DNA of 62,772 nucleotides, filler included, from Sphacelaria rigidula (lineage: Eukaryota), in assembly GCA_964200075.2 (NCBI GenBank). It is 8 parts of 8 records of this genome, joined end to end, with 100 filler letters (N's around TTAATTAATTAA, not from the genome) between each part and the next. Parts side by side here need not be neighbours in the genome. Positions count along the whole stretch, not along the records: positions 47,157 to 54,914 come from CAXNAA020013549.1; positions 55,015 to 62,772 come from CAXNAA020013550.1; 6 more parts are not named here. One strand, given 5' to 3'. The notes under the pieces are model-generated. The model ran no database searches and was not told the DNA's origin. It was given only the letters and a program-made list of their open reading frames with translations. The translations under genes were made by a program, and so were the position numbers. The stretch's first letter is position 1. Every line of letters begins with the position of its first letter. This document shows, one piece after another, positions 50,101 to 62,608 of this stretch.

Positions 50101-50837
50101 ATGGCGGGAGGCGTGTGTTAGAGCCGCAGCTGCGTAAGTGACACGCCGTCCAACGAGGAATCATGTAGTCCGGGTCTATCGGCTGTGGTGTTGGGAGCTG
50201 CGGCTGGAACCGAAGGAAGGAAGGTGATGCTATGGGAGATGGCACGAGGGGGGAGGCAGTGGTCGGCGTCGGTGAAGACCGATAATCACCGCGGAAAGGT
50301 GGCCATTTCGTCTTCCCCTCATCCAAAAACACCAAAAACAACAAGAAAAAAGCACCCCATCTTATCCCATCCCATCCCATCCGCCACAACCAAATACCGA
50401 ACACGCAATTATGTATATCGAAGGACGATGGGTGTACCTCGCAGTTTCCGGCATCACCCAAAATCGTTTTTCAAATCCATGTTTTTTGTGCCTAAATGCT
50501 TGTAGCGCGCCGATCGTGTCCTACCCCGCTGCGGCTCAGACACTCCTCCCGCCATACGGGCCCACCATCCGCAGCCCTTACGATTCCAGCCCCGCCCCCC
50601 GACACTTGCTTACCATCTATTCTCACCCATCCCCCTCCCCCCGGTCACCGCCGACGGTAGAGCCGGCAGCACTGCCGTCGACAGTCTTCAACACACGATT
50701 CATGGGGAGGGAGTAATAAACAGTACCGTACCGTTCTTTGGCCACGGTGACATGCTGTCTCATTCCGATTGTACCCGCAAGACTACTTCCGATGTTGTCC
50801 ACCGGGACCATCCCGTAGCAAAAGCGGGAGATGATTG

Positions 50838-51372
50838 ATCTCCGCTGGCTCAGTTTGGAACCTCGTAACATCCCATATCTTGGACAAAATGTCGTCAATA
50901 GTTGCAACAGATAAGAAAAGTACTGCATAAAGTATATGCCTATTGCGACTTTCGTCGGCCTGCAATAGTTGCAATAGACGTATACTTTCTGCAGTACATT
51001 TCTCGTCTATTGCATCTATTGACCATATACTGTCCAGGGTGTGAAACATGTTGGCGGTTGAGTCGTGTGTTCGAATCTCGGTGAAAGTCACACAATCTCC
51101 GATTTTTTCATCTCATACGATTCCCAAAAACGATGCCGTGGGTACACAAAATTTGACTTGCCGGTCGACTTCTAGAGGGGACCGCGAAAACCTTCTCTAC
51201 AGAAAAAAGATGAGGCAAGCACGGCAGGAGAAAGGTAGCAGACCAAAACAAAATTTGAATAAAAAATAAACACTTGTTGGCGTTCCTCCGGTGTGACCCC
51301 GGCTGATGCGCGCACACAGATCGAAAGGTGAAGACTGGCCTCCGGAATAGATGGCATGACAACACAACACAC
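50838..51372 (+). mobile_element. SINE family 1 copy interrupted by a MITE
   Basis: A-box tggctcagtttgg at 50846 and B-box gttcgaatc at ~51069. Body and tail match 9131-9500 once 50874-51043 is removed. Confidence 0.75.
50874..51043. mobile_element. 170-bp palindromic hAT-type MITE
   Basis: Ends catatcttggaca / tgtccagggtgtg, internally palindromic. Flanks taacatcc / aaacatgt (5 of 8 identical, decayed TSD). Confidence 0.75.
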
Positions 51373-53219
51373 GTTGTTCATGAACACTCATCGGATGGGG
51401 CACAGAGTGAAGCCAAAACATGTCTGGGCGGTTTGGAAACAGAGTGTGCTCGTGTAGCCGTCCGCGACAGGTGTCTCCGTCTTTCATCATGTCCGCATTT
51501 CCCGAGCAACATACGTGAAGAAGTGCAGACAGACAGTGTTTCTTGTACGAGCAGGACAGAAGGGATATCGGATCCCCACTTCCTTGCTTTGGCTATTTTG
51601 AGGTGCGAAGAGACTGCGTTGTTCATGATAAGAGGCCGCCTTGTTCATGCATCGTGTACTGCAAGCATGCTCCCTGGATATTCAAATCTGACTCACACCC
51701 ACTAGAGTACTTACTGTAGAGAGCTGTGCTCCGGTACGGGACTACAGGACTGCCGGCGGTCATACTACATGCTGGAATGATACAATAACCTGACGTTGTC
51801 TTCTCTCAAAAGAGGCCACCCCGAGAGATTCTACTTGAACGTGAACGGTGCTTCAGTTCATGATACGACCGTTGTTGCTGCAGCGGTTGTGTAGTTACTG
51901 CACTGTGTGCCAGGTGTATGGACGCCGCCGCTTTGATGACCTCGAGGGGGACACTGTGTGTCCACTGCATGCAGTGCGAGACCCAACATCCATCACGACA
52001 TGACAAGTCGAAGCATGTTTGATCGTAAAAACATTGAGCACCCCCAAAAAAAAGTGGAAAAAAAAGACTGAGAATGACACATCTCTCGAGCTCACAGTCG
52101 GGACCAGAGAACGCATGCCAGCCCGTCACCTCAAATTAACGCTCTGCGGAAACATCTACGATAAGCACGTCACATATGATCGCTGCACTCACTGTATCTG
52201 AACATGTGTCTATCCCGAGCGCAGAGTATGAACAACCACATACAAACCACAGCGCCAGCGCTCGTATGAGAGGTGGACGGAGCAAAATCGCTGACGTGAG
52301 TGTGTCGTGGTTTTGATTTCATTTTGTATTGGGTACTCAGTTCAACTCGGTCAGCTGCTTACGAAACGGGAGAGGTGAACCGAAGGGAAATAAGCGGTTT
52401 GAAGAATGGTCAACAACACAACAATTCCGTTCTGGTTGGGCCACAACACACACTCGAGACTCAGATGAAGAGCTGAGCATCTTCTGCAGTCATGAATCGA
52501 CATATACAGATCCATGACTTCATAGGATTCCAAGGTCTGAGGACCCAGGCATGATCATGTATGGAGACGGCGACCCTACCCCCCCGAAAAGGATGACAAC
52601 ATTGTTGTGAGTCGCAACCCCGACAAGCGAATACAGAATGTGTGTTCCATGATCAATCCCATTTCGAGGGCCATGGAAGACTACAATCCGCGTGCACACA
52701 ACACGGTGATGGTCAAGTAGTGCAGAATACATTGAAGAGTCCTTTGTACAACGACTCCTCTAATCCCAACTTCATCCGTGGTATAATGGCGTCCATCAGC
52801 ACCCTGCACGGTACGGTACCTGCTGACTGTTGTGGTGTTGACGTTGACGTATGAGGAATAGTATGATATAATAAACCCAAGTGGTTAGCAGACTGGTAGT
52901 CTAAACAAAAGTACTTTCCTCAAGGCGGAGGCCTCCGTGAGTGACACCCACCACGATTGCAGTTTTTATCCAAAACGATTGCCGTTTTCATTTCGTCTTC
53001 CCCCCCGAAAACACCGTGCATGAACAATGCAAGTTGTCGATGGAAACATCCGTGAGCCGATATCTAAAGCACACCAGCACGTCGGTCATGTCCTAGAGGC
53101 CAACTACATGCACGCGACACTGCATTAAAAGTAGTGTCGGGAGCGCAGCACCACATGCACGCGGCAGCCCCGGGCCTACAGATACTGGAGAGAAATGATG
53201 ATCCAAGATGAAAACTCAC

Positions 53220-53333
53220 CCGCGTGGCGACCGCGTTACCCTTGAACGCCGTGTTTGCGGCGAAGGGGGTCACAAATCCATCGGCCAACGGGGCCGCTGC
53301 CAGGGCAGTGATGGCGAGCGTCTTGAACAACAT
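53220..53333 (-). CDS. First exon of a probable plastid-targeted protein (bipartite leader); product unknown
   Basis: MLFKTLAITALAAAPLADG|FVTPFAANTAFKGNAVATR, then a cgg|gtgagt donor. This is a hydrophobic signal peptide, an ASAFAP-like cleavage site with Phe at +1, and an acid-free transit-peptide-like stretch. Confidence 0.7.
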
Positions 53334-55135
53334 ATCTCCTGTTCGTGTTCTTTCTCGCTCGGTCTTGCAAGCTTGGGTACTGTCTGTCCACTGTACCGTT
53401 CCGTTATTATGATGCTGGATTGTGGTTGAGTCGGCACATCGATCGTGCACCGAAAATAGAACCGGTAACGTCACTGCACAAACTATCGTTAGGTCATGTT
53501 CCATGGGTCGGCATGATCTGAAACAATAATAATTCCAGCCTGTTCCAGCGAATGGATCGTCAGTTTTTACTGAACTACTGGGGGTAGGTAGAACGCAAGT
53601 TGTATGAGAAAGTGAGCGCGCGTTCGTCTTGGAAGACATGACGACGCGATCCAAACTCAACTACAATGACGTATGTATATATCGTACGAGTAATGGTGAA
53701 CAATAAGGAAAACCCGGCAGAGAGCTTGCAGAGAATATCACTGTCAAAATAAAAATAATATATTTTCAGCATTCGTTCGTTTATGATGTGGCATCGTTAG
53801 TTACTGTATCTTTTATCCACCTGAACTTGATGAACACGCCTTACCCTCAGTAAAATTGAGATAAACCCAGCAAGTTGGATGATTCAGTCAAGTGGGCCAA
53901 CCACGGCAAAGAGCGACAGACAAATAATTTACTTCTCGAAAAAACGCTGAAAATCAGCTGCACTCACTCATTCACTGCTTGCCGCTGACGACGAATGCTG
54001 GCTTCCGGTGGTTGAGGGGTGTGCGTCCATCATATAGATCGGCACGTCGTGCCCACTTAGCACTTTTCAGCCCTTATTCGCTACTAATGTACTTTTCGGC
54101 GCTCACAACTATTATATTCGATCGATGTTGAAATCGGACCACCAGAAAATATCATCAACTAATTCATTTGATTACCGCCTGAGCCTCGCAGGAGGCAGGC
54201 GCTAGTTGTACCGAACAACAACACTTACATGTAGACTCTCGTTCACTCGCACTACTAGTAGTGCAATTAGGACGAAATTGCGTCCGAACGTGAGGGAGGC
54301 GGTCCTCTCCCGGGCAAACAGCACGAAAATTATTGTTTCACAAGGTCGAAATACCGCATCAGAATATGTAAGTTTTGGCGAAAAAGGTGCACCCCCAATC
54401 GAACCGTGGTAGCACGACTGAGGCCGTGTCTTATCAAATTGTTTTTGACTCGAAAACGTAATGTGGAGAATAAAACTTGCTCGTACCTGATACGTTCACG
54501 CCATTCATGTTCTCAACCATCTGAGAAAAATAGTAGCAGCGTAGACGAATCAGAAACGAGCGAATTCGATTCGACCGCACGTTTTCGACACCAAAACAAT
54601 TTGATAAGACACGGCCTGACTCAGGAATGGTGAAGAAGGTAAAACCGGAGCCAGTACGGTTCAGTTCGAGGTACCTGGAGGAACCGTCCGGGAACGAGTA
54701 CGGCAGTCCGTGTGTGATTCAGCCGAGCCTGCATGGTTCTGCAGCTTCATCTTGAAAGCGCTATGGTTGGAATTCAGGGCCAAGATTCAAAGAGGAAGTT
54801 CAGGCTATGAGTGACGTCGCGGTAGCACCCCCCCCCCCCCTCCCCCCCCTTAGACCGAGAAATGTGATGGTGACCGAGGCAAAATCCACATATTAGAGGT
54901 ATCTCAGAGTCTCGNNNNNNNNNNNNNNNNNNNNNNNNNNNNNNNNNNNNNNNNNNNNTTAATTAATTAANNNNNNNNNNNNNNNNNNNNNNNNNNNNNN
55001 NNNNNNNNNNNNNNCCCCCCCGCCCCTGCTCCGTCTCGAAGGGGATGCGTGGTCAATGGTCGAACGACTAAGGCAAGCAACAAATGAGTACCCCCCCCCC
55101 CCCCCTTCCCCCCCTTAATCCCCACAACAAATCCA

Positions 55136-58100
55136 ATGTCACAGGTTGAACAGGTACGACAACGAGCGCGGCCACTGACCGAGTCACCCTCGACGTCGCG
55201 ACCGCCGCCATCTTCTTCGATCCCCCTAGCGTCACCGTCAGTAGCGGCGGCAGCCCGCTCAGTTTCCCCCCGACGGCGGCCGCCATTGGTCACGGCGGCA
55301 CCCGTGAACGGCGCTGAACCCGGCGGCCGCGACATCTGTAGCCCTCCCAGTCTCGACCGCTGTGGCGCGCAAAGCAATGCGGAAAGAGCTGGGGCCGAGA
55401 GAGGTATCGACGAGGCGTTGCCACAAGGTGGCACAGGCGGCGCCGGCGTCGGTAGTAGTGTTGGTGGTCTTAACAGGGTTGATGTCACCACGGAAGACGG
55501 CAGCGGCGGCAGCGGCGCACGAGATGTGCCTAGTATGCCGCGGCCGACTGGGCGTACCATGGGGGTTAGTCACTCTCGTGGCCGACGGGAGGTCACGGCC
55601 GTTTCGGACAGGGGGTTGCTAGGGCTGATTGGCGGTAGTATCGGTAGAGAAGGGTCGGAAGAGACTGGACGCAAAGTTGACGCTGGTACTGACGTATGTG
55701 TTGGCGCTGGTGCTCCCAATGGCGCGGGCGTCGGAGAATCGGGTCAAAGGCATGTTGATGACGATCGTGGAGAAACGGGCGAAGATGGGCGAGCGACAGC
55801 GATGGGGGCAGCGAGGGTGACCAAGGTGTGTTGCGTTAATCCACGGGATCGTGTCGCTGGCGTGGTGGGCCTAGATTTTGGTGTATTTCTATCGATAGCT
55901 CGCGATTTGAAGCACGGCAGCAGTAGCAGACATTCCTCGCGCCCTTGGATTGTTTTGCCTAGCATTTTGTCTGGATCTTCGTGTCTAGGTGACGTAAAGA
56001 TCGCTCGTGGCGGTGAAGGTATTTTGTCACTTTTTGCTTTTCGTGAGCCCTCTGGGCCCGATGAAGTCGGCCCAACGTTTCGTTTCCTTGGTGGTTTTCG
56101 CTTCAGTAGTTCATATCCAATCAATACGTGTCTATTCTTCGACGGTAAAGAAGTTGAGAAGTTTATTTCCACTACGTTTGGGGCGAACGTTGCCTCACTG
56201 CTCTCATCGACTGGGACCGCGGCGCCGCTGCAGGATGAACAACATGACCGGCAAAATGAAAAGGAGGAGCAAGAGAGAGAAGAAGACGTGGTTGACTGCT
56301 CGATCTGCATGTGCCAGGTCACCGGGGAGAAGGATGCTGCATCTTTGGACGAATGCAGGCACTATTTTCACTTTCACTGTATCGTCAAGGTGAGCGAAGA
56401 TTCGAACCAGCAATCACACGCCCGCACTGGCTATATTTGTCTCCTTTACTTCCTTTTCCTGTCCTCTCTCTCTCTGTTTATCCATTTTCCTTCACCCCCA
56501 CCCTCCCCGAGATGTTTTTGAGTTTACTCTGTTGTGTTCATAATTCCCCCTTCTCGAGTTACCTTGGACATGTCTACATTGTATCTAATGACCGCGGCTA
56601 GAGTCTTGATGGATCGATTCGTATGCGACAATCAATCAATCGGGTTCGTGTATACTGCGGTGACCATATTGAAAAATCGAATATTTGGGGATGAGAAATC
56701 AAATACATACATGCAGCATAGAAATATGCACACGCTTGATGTTCCTCTTCACTGCACTTTGCATCATGGAGATCTGCAGGCCCTGTTGCTCGGTTTCCCA
56801 TTATATAAGGGAAAACACCTGCAAAATTTGTGGTGTTGAGTGACTCTTCGTGTACTGTTTTGTGCCTCCCGACACCATCAGCATGTTTTACCGCATCAAT
56901 GTGACCATTCACATATATTTCAAAATATGCTTTGTTGCCTCCCCCTCCCCCGCATTGGCACGCGTCGCTTTTTGTCGGACTTCATCGCTCGACGTCGTCA
57001 GTGGGGTGAGACTACCAACCAGTGTCCAATGTGTAAGGCTAGGTTTCACGTTGTAACGCGTTTGAGGGACAAGCACGTGAAAAGATTCAGGGGCATCAGA
57101 CAGCACCGGCCCGTCGCTGACCAGGCATTGGACGAGGACGTCGAAGAAGAAACCGTAGAAATTGCGACGGTGTGCATGCTGTGCGGTAACGGTGATCACG
57201 ACGACCAGCTGATGCTGTGTGACGGTGAAGACTGCGACAATGTGAGCATTCTATTTTTTCGGGTATGCGTTTTGCTGTTTTCATACAATTGGTGTTGGAC
57301 GTTCGATGCTGTAAGCACGAGAGTTACCCGTCCTCCCTCTGTTGCAGAAACTATGCGCCCAGCAAAAAATATCCTTCAAGCGCGCGTAAAAGCTACATCA
57401 TAGGTTCAATCGGTCATCCCAAACAACTTTGACGATGGCTTGGAGCAAGCAGTTCTTTGCTATTAATGAGAACATTTTCTGCAATTGAGGTTCAAATCCA
57501 CGGTCTCCGCCCCAGCCGGTGTTGGTAACCGGGATGCAGCGGTTACACTCAGACTGTATACTCAGCAATGCGGGCTTCGACATATTTTCAACGTCCCTGC
57601 TCCCTCCCCGCCTTGATCCTGCCTTGAAACATCCCGATCATCCCCAGGGCGCACACACGTTCTGTGTGGGGCTAGACGCCGTGCCCGCCGGTGACTGGTT
57701 CTGCTCCGACTGCGAGGCCCGACGAGAGATATCCAACCGTCAAGACGCTATACTACGCCGCGTGTGGTCGGTCGCGTCCTCCTCATCCGACACGGAGTCT
57801 GTCGACGATGACGAGGACTGGTCCATCGGGAATTCCCGAGAGGAAGACAGCCGAGGCGGCAGCAGCAACAGTGGTGGCGGCGGCGACGACGATGATGATG
57901 ATGATGATGACAATGTGACCATTATGGAGGTTGTTCGCCGTAGCCGTGCGTCGGGCGCCGTCGCGCCTCGAAATCCAAGCGTCCCTCATGCTAGCAGCGG
58001 TAACGATGTCCCGGCGGCGGAACGGGAGGTCACGCTGCTCTCATGTCGTGATTCCGGCGGTGATCGACGCGACAGAGGCAGGGGCGGGCGCAGCGTTGTG

Positions 58101-61100
58101 GGCGTAGCTGGTGGTGTTGCCGGCCCGAACTTGTGGCCTCGAGTGTTGGTGTCTGCTGCTGCCGTCGCAGCTCCCCGGTACAGTTTTTTTGAGACTGGAG
58201 AAGGTGAAGAGGGGAGAAGCAACGAGGAAAAAGACGATGGTGATGGCGAGGACAGCGGGAGGAGCGTTGTGGAGCAATCGTTCGCGGATGCCACGCTCGC
58301 TGCGGAGGTACGATGTTCACGTAGGTAGTTGGTCCGCTCTTGGTCAGGTGTATTTTCCTGAGAAATAAGAGGGTGTTGTGGACAAGAGACCTGGGTCGCC
58401 GCACTCTTTGGTACCATATTATTGATAAAGCGAATGCTTCGCTCACGTGTGCCTAGAACTCTTCCAATGGTGTTTCAACGTGACCCAACCTGAATTCGGC
58501 AACACATGACGGCATGATTCCTTCACAGCCATCCTCCGCCGGTTTATCTGAACGTACAATCAAACAGCGCACATTTCCCCCCTGTTTCTCCGCGCGCTGC
58601 GTGCCGTGATATGTGGTGATCAGTTGGCACGCGGAGGGTCAAAGAAGCGGAAAGTAGCGTCACCGAGATCTCGACTTCCACGAATTCGGACAGATATCGC
58701 GCGAACCGCCGGCGGCGGCCGAGGGCACGGCTCCGGCCTGACCAGCTCCAGGCGAGTGTTTTCTTCCCCATCCAGAGAGGCTTCCTCCTCCTCCGCTTCC
58801 CCATCTGTTGCTACAACGCTGCCTTCAGCAGCATCAAGAGCACCTGTATTCACCCCGTCACCACCGAGCAGATCATACAAGCGCCCGAGGATGCTGCGGA
58901 CGGCGCTGCCGCACGTGACAAATGAAGGCAGCGGGCACTCGGCAAGTAGAACCTCTACTCTTGGAACGATATCCGGAGTCGCTGCGGTAACAGGTCTTGG
59001 CTCCAGCTCTAGCTCCAGCTCCAGCTCCAGCTCTAGCTCCAGCTCTAGCTCCAGCTCTAGCTCCAGCGCCAGCTCTAGCTCCAGCGCCAGCTCTAGCTCC
59101 AGCGCCAGCGCCAGCTCTAGCTTCAGCGCCAGCGCCAGCTCTAGCTTCAGCGCCAGCGCCAGCCCCAGCCGGGCCTCGCCGCCGGTGCCCTCTATTCCGG
59201 CAGCGTCGGACGTTCGCATGGGGCAGCAGGAGATCCAGGCGCTCGTGCGGCGACTTCGCGAGGTGGAGAAGACGGAGCGGCAACGCCGGGCCGTCTCCGC
59301 TTCGTCTGGTGGTGTTATTAACGGTTGTAGCCGCGGCGATGTAGGTTCGTCTGGCGTTACTGGAATTGGGATTGGTCGGCGTGCAACGGGGCGGGAAGAG
59401 TTGGCGGAGGACAAGGTTTCCCCCGACGTTAGGGCGATGGTGTTGGAACTGCGGAAGGTGGCGATGCGTGGCGATGCCACGACGCTGGACATGCTGCTCT
59501 CCTCGCAGGTGCGGAGTGCCACGCGTTTTTGTCATGTATTGCCCCCAACCCCCCCCCCCCCCACCCTTCTCCGCCAGCTACATTAGTTTCCGCTACAAAC
59601 ATGAATATTATATACTGTGATCTAAGGAAGAAATCACCCGATATATTCTGGAGGTGTGCGAAGGGCGTTGATATTGCTGGCAAATCATGTTCACTGTCTG
59701 CGTTTTTGAGTAATGTGTGCAGTGTTCATGGGCGCTCTTTGATGTCGCGTGTGTATGACGGACACCCGTGGCCCCCTCGAACCCGTTCCCGCGTTGGACC
59801 CACAAACATACAACTGTCAGCTGCTGCCGGTGCTGCAGCTTTGGCTGGAACCCACCGCGGACGGCGTCGCCTTTCTGCCGTCTTCGCTGCGAAAGTCCCT
59901 GTTCAAGGTCTTAATGGCACTCCCGGTGCAAAAAGTGCATCTCAAGGAGACCGGCTTCGGGAGGTTTGCGGTGACCATGGCGGCCGACTCAAGGGAAACT
60001 AGGGAGAATAGGGAACTCTTGACCCAGGTACCACATTTGACGTGATACAGATATAAAACCGCTAATGCTGGTAACTCTCAACCCTACGCGGAAGCCCCAG
60101 GGTGTTTTTGAAATAAGCTCCTACGAAGAATCTGTCGATTTTCTTCTCGAGCGATGGCTCTGTGCCTTCAGGCTGGAGGCGCGGACGTCAAAGTGAAATG
60201 CGTGATACCTGGCGATGATGGGCGAAAACTTGATGCGATACTCAAGCTGTGCGCAGCAGTATGTCGTAGTTGTTGCTGTTTTTCTTCTTCTGCTCCTCCT
60301 CCTTACACTGGACACCAACGCAGCCAGTATTAGTGCCAATTCGCTGACTGCCATGCCGGCAAGCAGGTATGCATGAAACGTGTAACACGGCACTCAAGCG
60401 GTACTGATTAGTTGTACCGTCAAAGCTAAACCTTTCCCATGCAGTGTCATACAAGCCGCACCATCTATTACGCACTCGCCATCCCCCTGATTTTCGTTCT
60501 GTACGCGCTCCCTTTTCTCACGCGTCATCGCGTCTCTTACTATTCGTTGTCCTCAGATCGTCAAACGTTGGAGTCAGCTCGTGATCGCAAGTACACGACA
60601 GCTTCCCGTACCCCCCTTCTCGCCCAACAACCACATGTCGCCAGAAGGTCGACGCAGGGACGGGGGCGGGACCGGCAGCGGCAGCAGTAGCGGCCGCGGA
60701 AGCAACTTGTCCGGCTCCAGACCGTTCTCTTTGGAATTCGGGTCATCGCGATCAACATCGACAACATCAGCGGCGTCAGCAACGGCCGGGGGGGCAAGGA
60801 GGATGGGGACGGTGGTGCCTAGGATAGAATGGGCGGAAAATGGTCGAGGATGGACATCCACTGCAGGCCCAACCAACCGTTCACCATCAGTTGCAGCGCG
60901 TCCTCGCTCGCTGTCTTCCGGTCGCTCGAGAGTTGCCGGGGGCGATGCTGCGTCTATCGGCAGTAACTCGATGAGGCGAAGCGCGCCATCGTCATCAGCG
61001 CCAACAACGTCCTCGTCAACCACGTGCCGTTCACCGGAGAAAAGGGAAGGCGGGGTATCCAGGGTATCAGTGGCAGCGCGTCCTGTCTCACTGCCTTCCG

Positions 61101-62608
61101 GTCGCTCGAGAGTTGTCGGGGGCGATGCTGCGTCTATCGGCAGTAACTCGATGAGGCGAAGCGCGCCATCGTCATCAGCGCCAACACCATCCTCGTCAAC
61201 CACATGCCGGTCACCGGAGAAAAGGGAAGGCGGGGTATCCAGGGTACCGGTGGCAGCGCGTCCTCTCTCGCTGCCTTCCGGTCGCTCGAGAGTTGTCGGG
61301 GGCGATGCTGCGTCTATCGGCAGTAACTCGACAAGGCGAAGCACGCCATCATCATCAGCGCCAACACCATCCTCGTCAACCACATGCCGGTCACCGGAGA
61401 AAAGGGAAGGCGGGGTATCCAGGGTATCAGTGGCAGCGCGTCCTCTCTCGCTGCCTTCCGATCGCTCGAGAGTTGCCGGGGGCGATGCTGCGTCTGTCGG
61501 CAGTAACTCGATAAGGCGAAGCACGCCATCGTCATCAGCGTCAACAACGTTCTCGTCAACCACATGCCGGTCACCGGAGAAAAGAGCCGGCGGGGTATCC
61601 AGGGTATCAGTGGCAGCGCGTCCTCTCTCGCTGCCTTTCGGACGCTTGGGAGTTGTCGGGGGCGATGCTGCGTCTATCGGCAGTAACTCGACAAGGCGAA
61701 GCGCGCCATCGTCATCAGCGTCAACAACGTTCTCGTCAACCACATGCCGGTCACCGGAGAAAAGAGCAGGCGGGGTATCTAGGGTATCAGGCGTAGGTGA
61801 AGCATCCTCATCATCATCCTATCCTGTCGACCATCGTTCCAGTAGTAGCGTTGGCAGGATGCACCATAATAGTAGCACTGGTGCCACGTCTCACCAGCAC
61901 TCCGATCTTCGGAGGTGTGCCTCGGCACCGCTCAGTAGGGGAAGCGGAAGCACGGGGGCTGGACCCACAGCCGGGATGGCGACTGGTGTTGTTGCTTCAT
62001 CGGGCGCTTCTATTCCACGCAAAACGAAACCCGTTGGGGGAAGAGATACCAATACACCTCAACAGCAACAACACCACCGCCAGCAACACCAACGGGGCGA
62101 TTGGGGAATTCCGCGGCTGCCGGGGGCCGGGGCGGCGGGAGCTGGCGGCCGCGGCGGCGATATGGATGGCAGAAGCGTCATCTCTGTTGGCGGCGGCGCG
62201 GCGGCATCGCGCTTTGCTAGCGGCACCGCCGCGAGCGTCAGTGGTGGGGCGGCACACGCACGTGGCGGTAGTGCTGGTGGTCGAGTCGAAGGAAGCGGAG
62301 GAGGACAGGGCGTGCAGATGAGGAGTGGGGCGAGTAGCTTGCCGCGTCCGCCGCTGTCGCCGCCGCCTGTTATCTCGTCTTTTTCAGATACTGCTAGCTT
62401 CACGTCTTCTTCGTCATCGTCTGGGTCTCGCAAGTCAAGCGGCCACTGGCGATTTTTGTCTTCGGTGCGGAGCCCACGGAGTTCCACGGCGGCGGTCGGT
62501 GGAGGCAGTAGTACCAGTCGTGGTGACGCAGCTGGGAAAAATGGGGAAAAGAAGAAGCGCAAGCGCCCGGATTCATCTTCTTCGTCATTGCCGCCCGCGA
62601 AGCGGTAA
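55136..62608 (+). CDS. RING + PHD finger protein (PHRF1-like N-terminal pair) with an IWS1/TFIIS-N-like domain and long low-complexity regions; 5' end uncertain
   Basis: Phase-0 exons ~55136/55145-55825, 56234-56389 (or one continuous exon 55136-56389), 57002-57241, 57648-58307, 58624-59508, 59821-60027, 60557-62608 (stop). RING: CSIC...CRHYFHFHCIVKWGETTNQCPMCK. PHD: CMLC...LMLCDGEDC..GAHTFC...VPAGDWFCSDC. IWS1-like: LLPVLQLWLEPTADG...LP...LR..LFKVL..LPV...HLKETGFGR.......ETRENR......IVKRWS. Confidence 0.88.
59002..59166 (+). repeat. Coding hexanucleotide repeat (TCCAGC/TCTAGC/GCCAGC)n giving poly-Ser/Ser-Ala
   Basis: Visible directly. It also explains the (LE)n, (AP)n and (AG)n peptides in the other frames. 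Confidence 0.95.
60886..61790 (+). repeat. Five 180-bp tandem repeats encoding a 60-aa Ser/Arg-rich unit
   Basis: Units are in register at 60901, 61081, 61261, 61441 and 61621. Unit is approximately SVAARPLSLPSGRSRVVGGDAASIGSNSxRRSAPSSSAPTPSSSTTCRSPEKREGGVSRV. Confidence 0.97.

Noticed and set aside
58620-59535. (LE)n, (AG)n and (AP)n ORFs in alternative frames
   Set aside because: By-products of the hexanucleotide poly-Ser repeat.
60574-61743. 389-aa antisense ORF as an overlapping gene
   Set aside because: It is explained by one stop-free GC-rich unit amplified five times opposite a real exon; there is no independent evidence.
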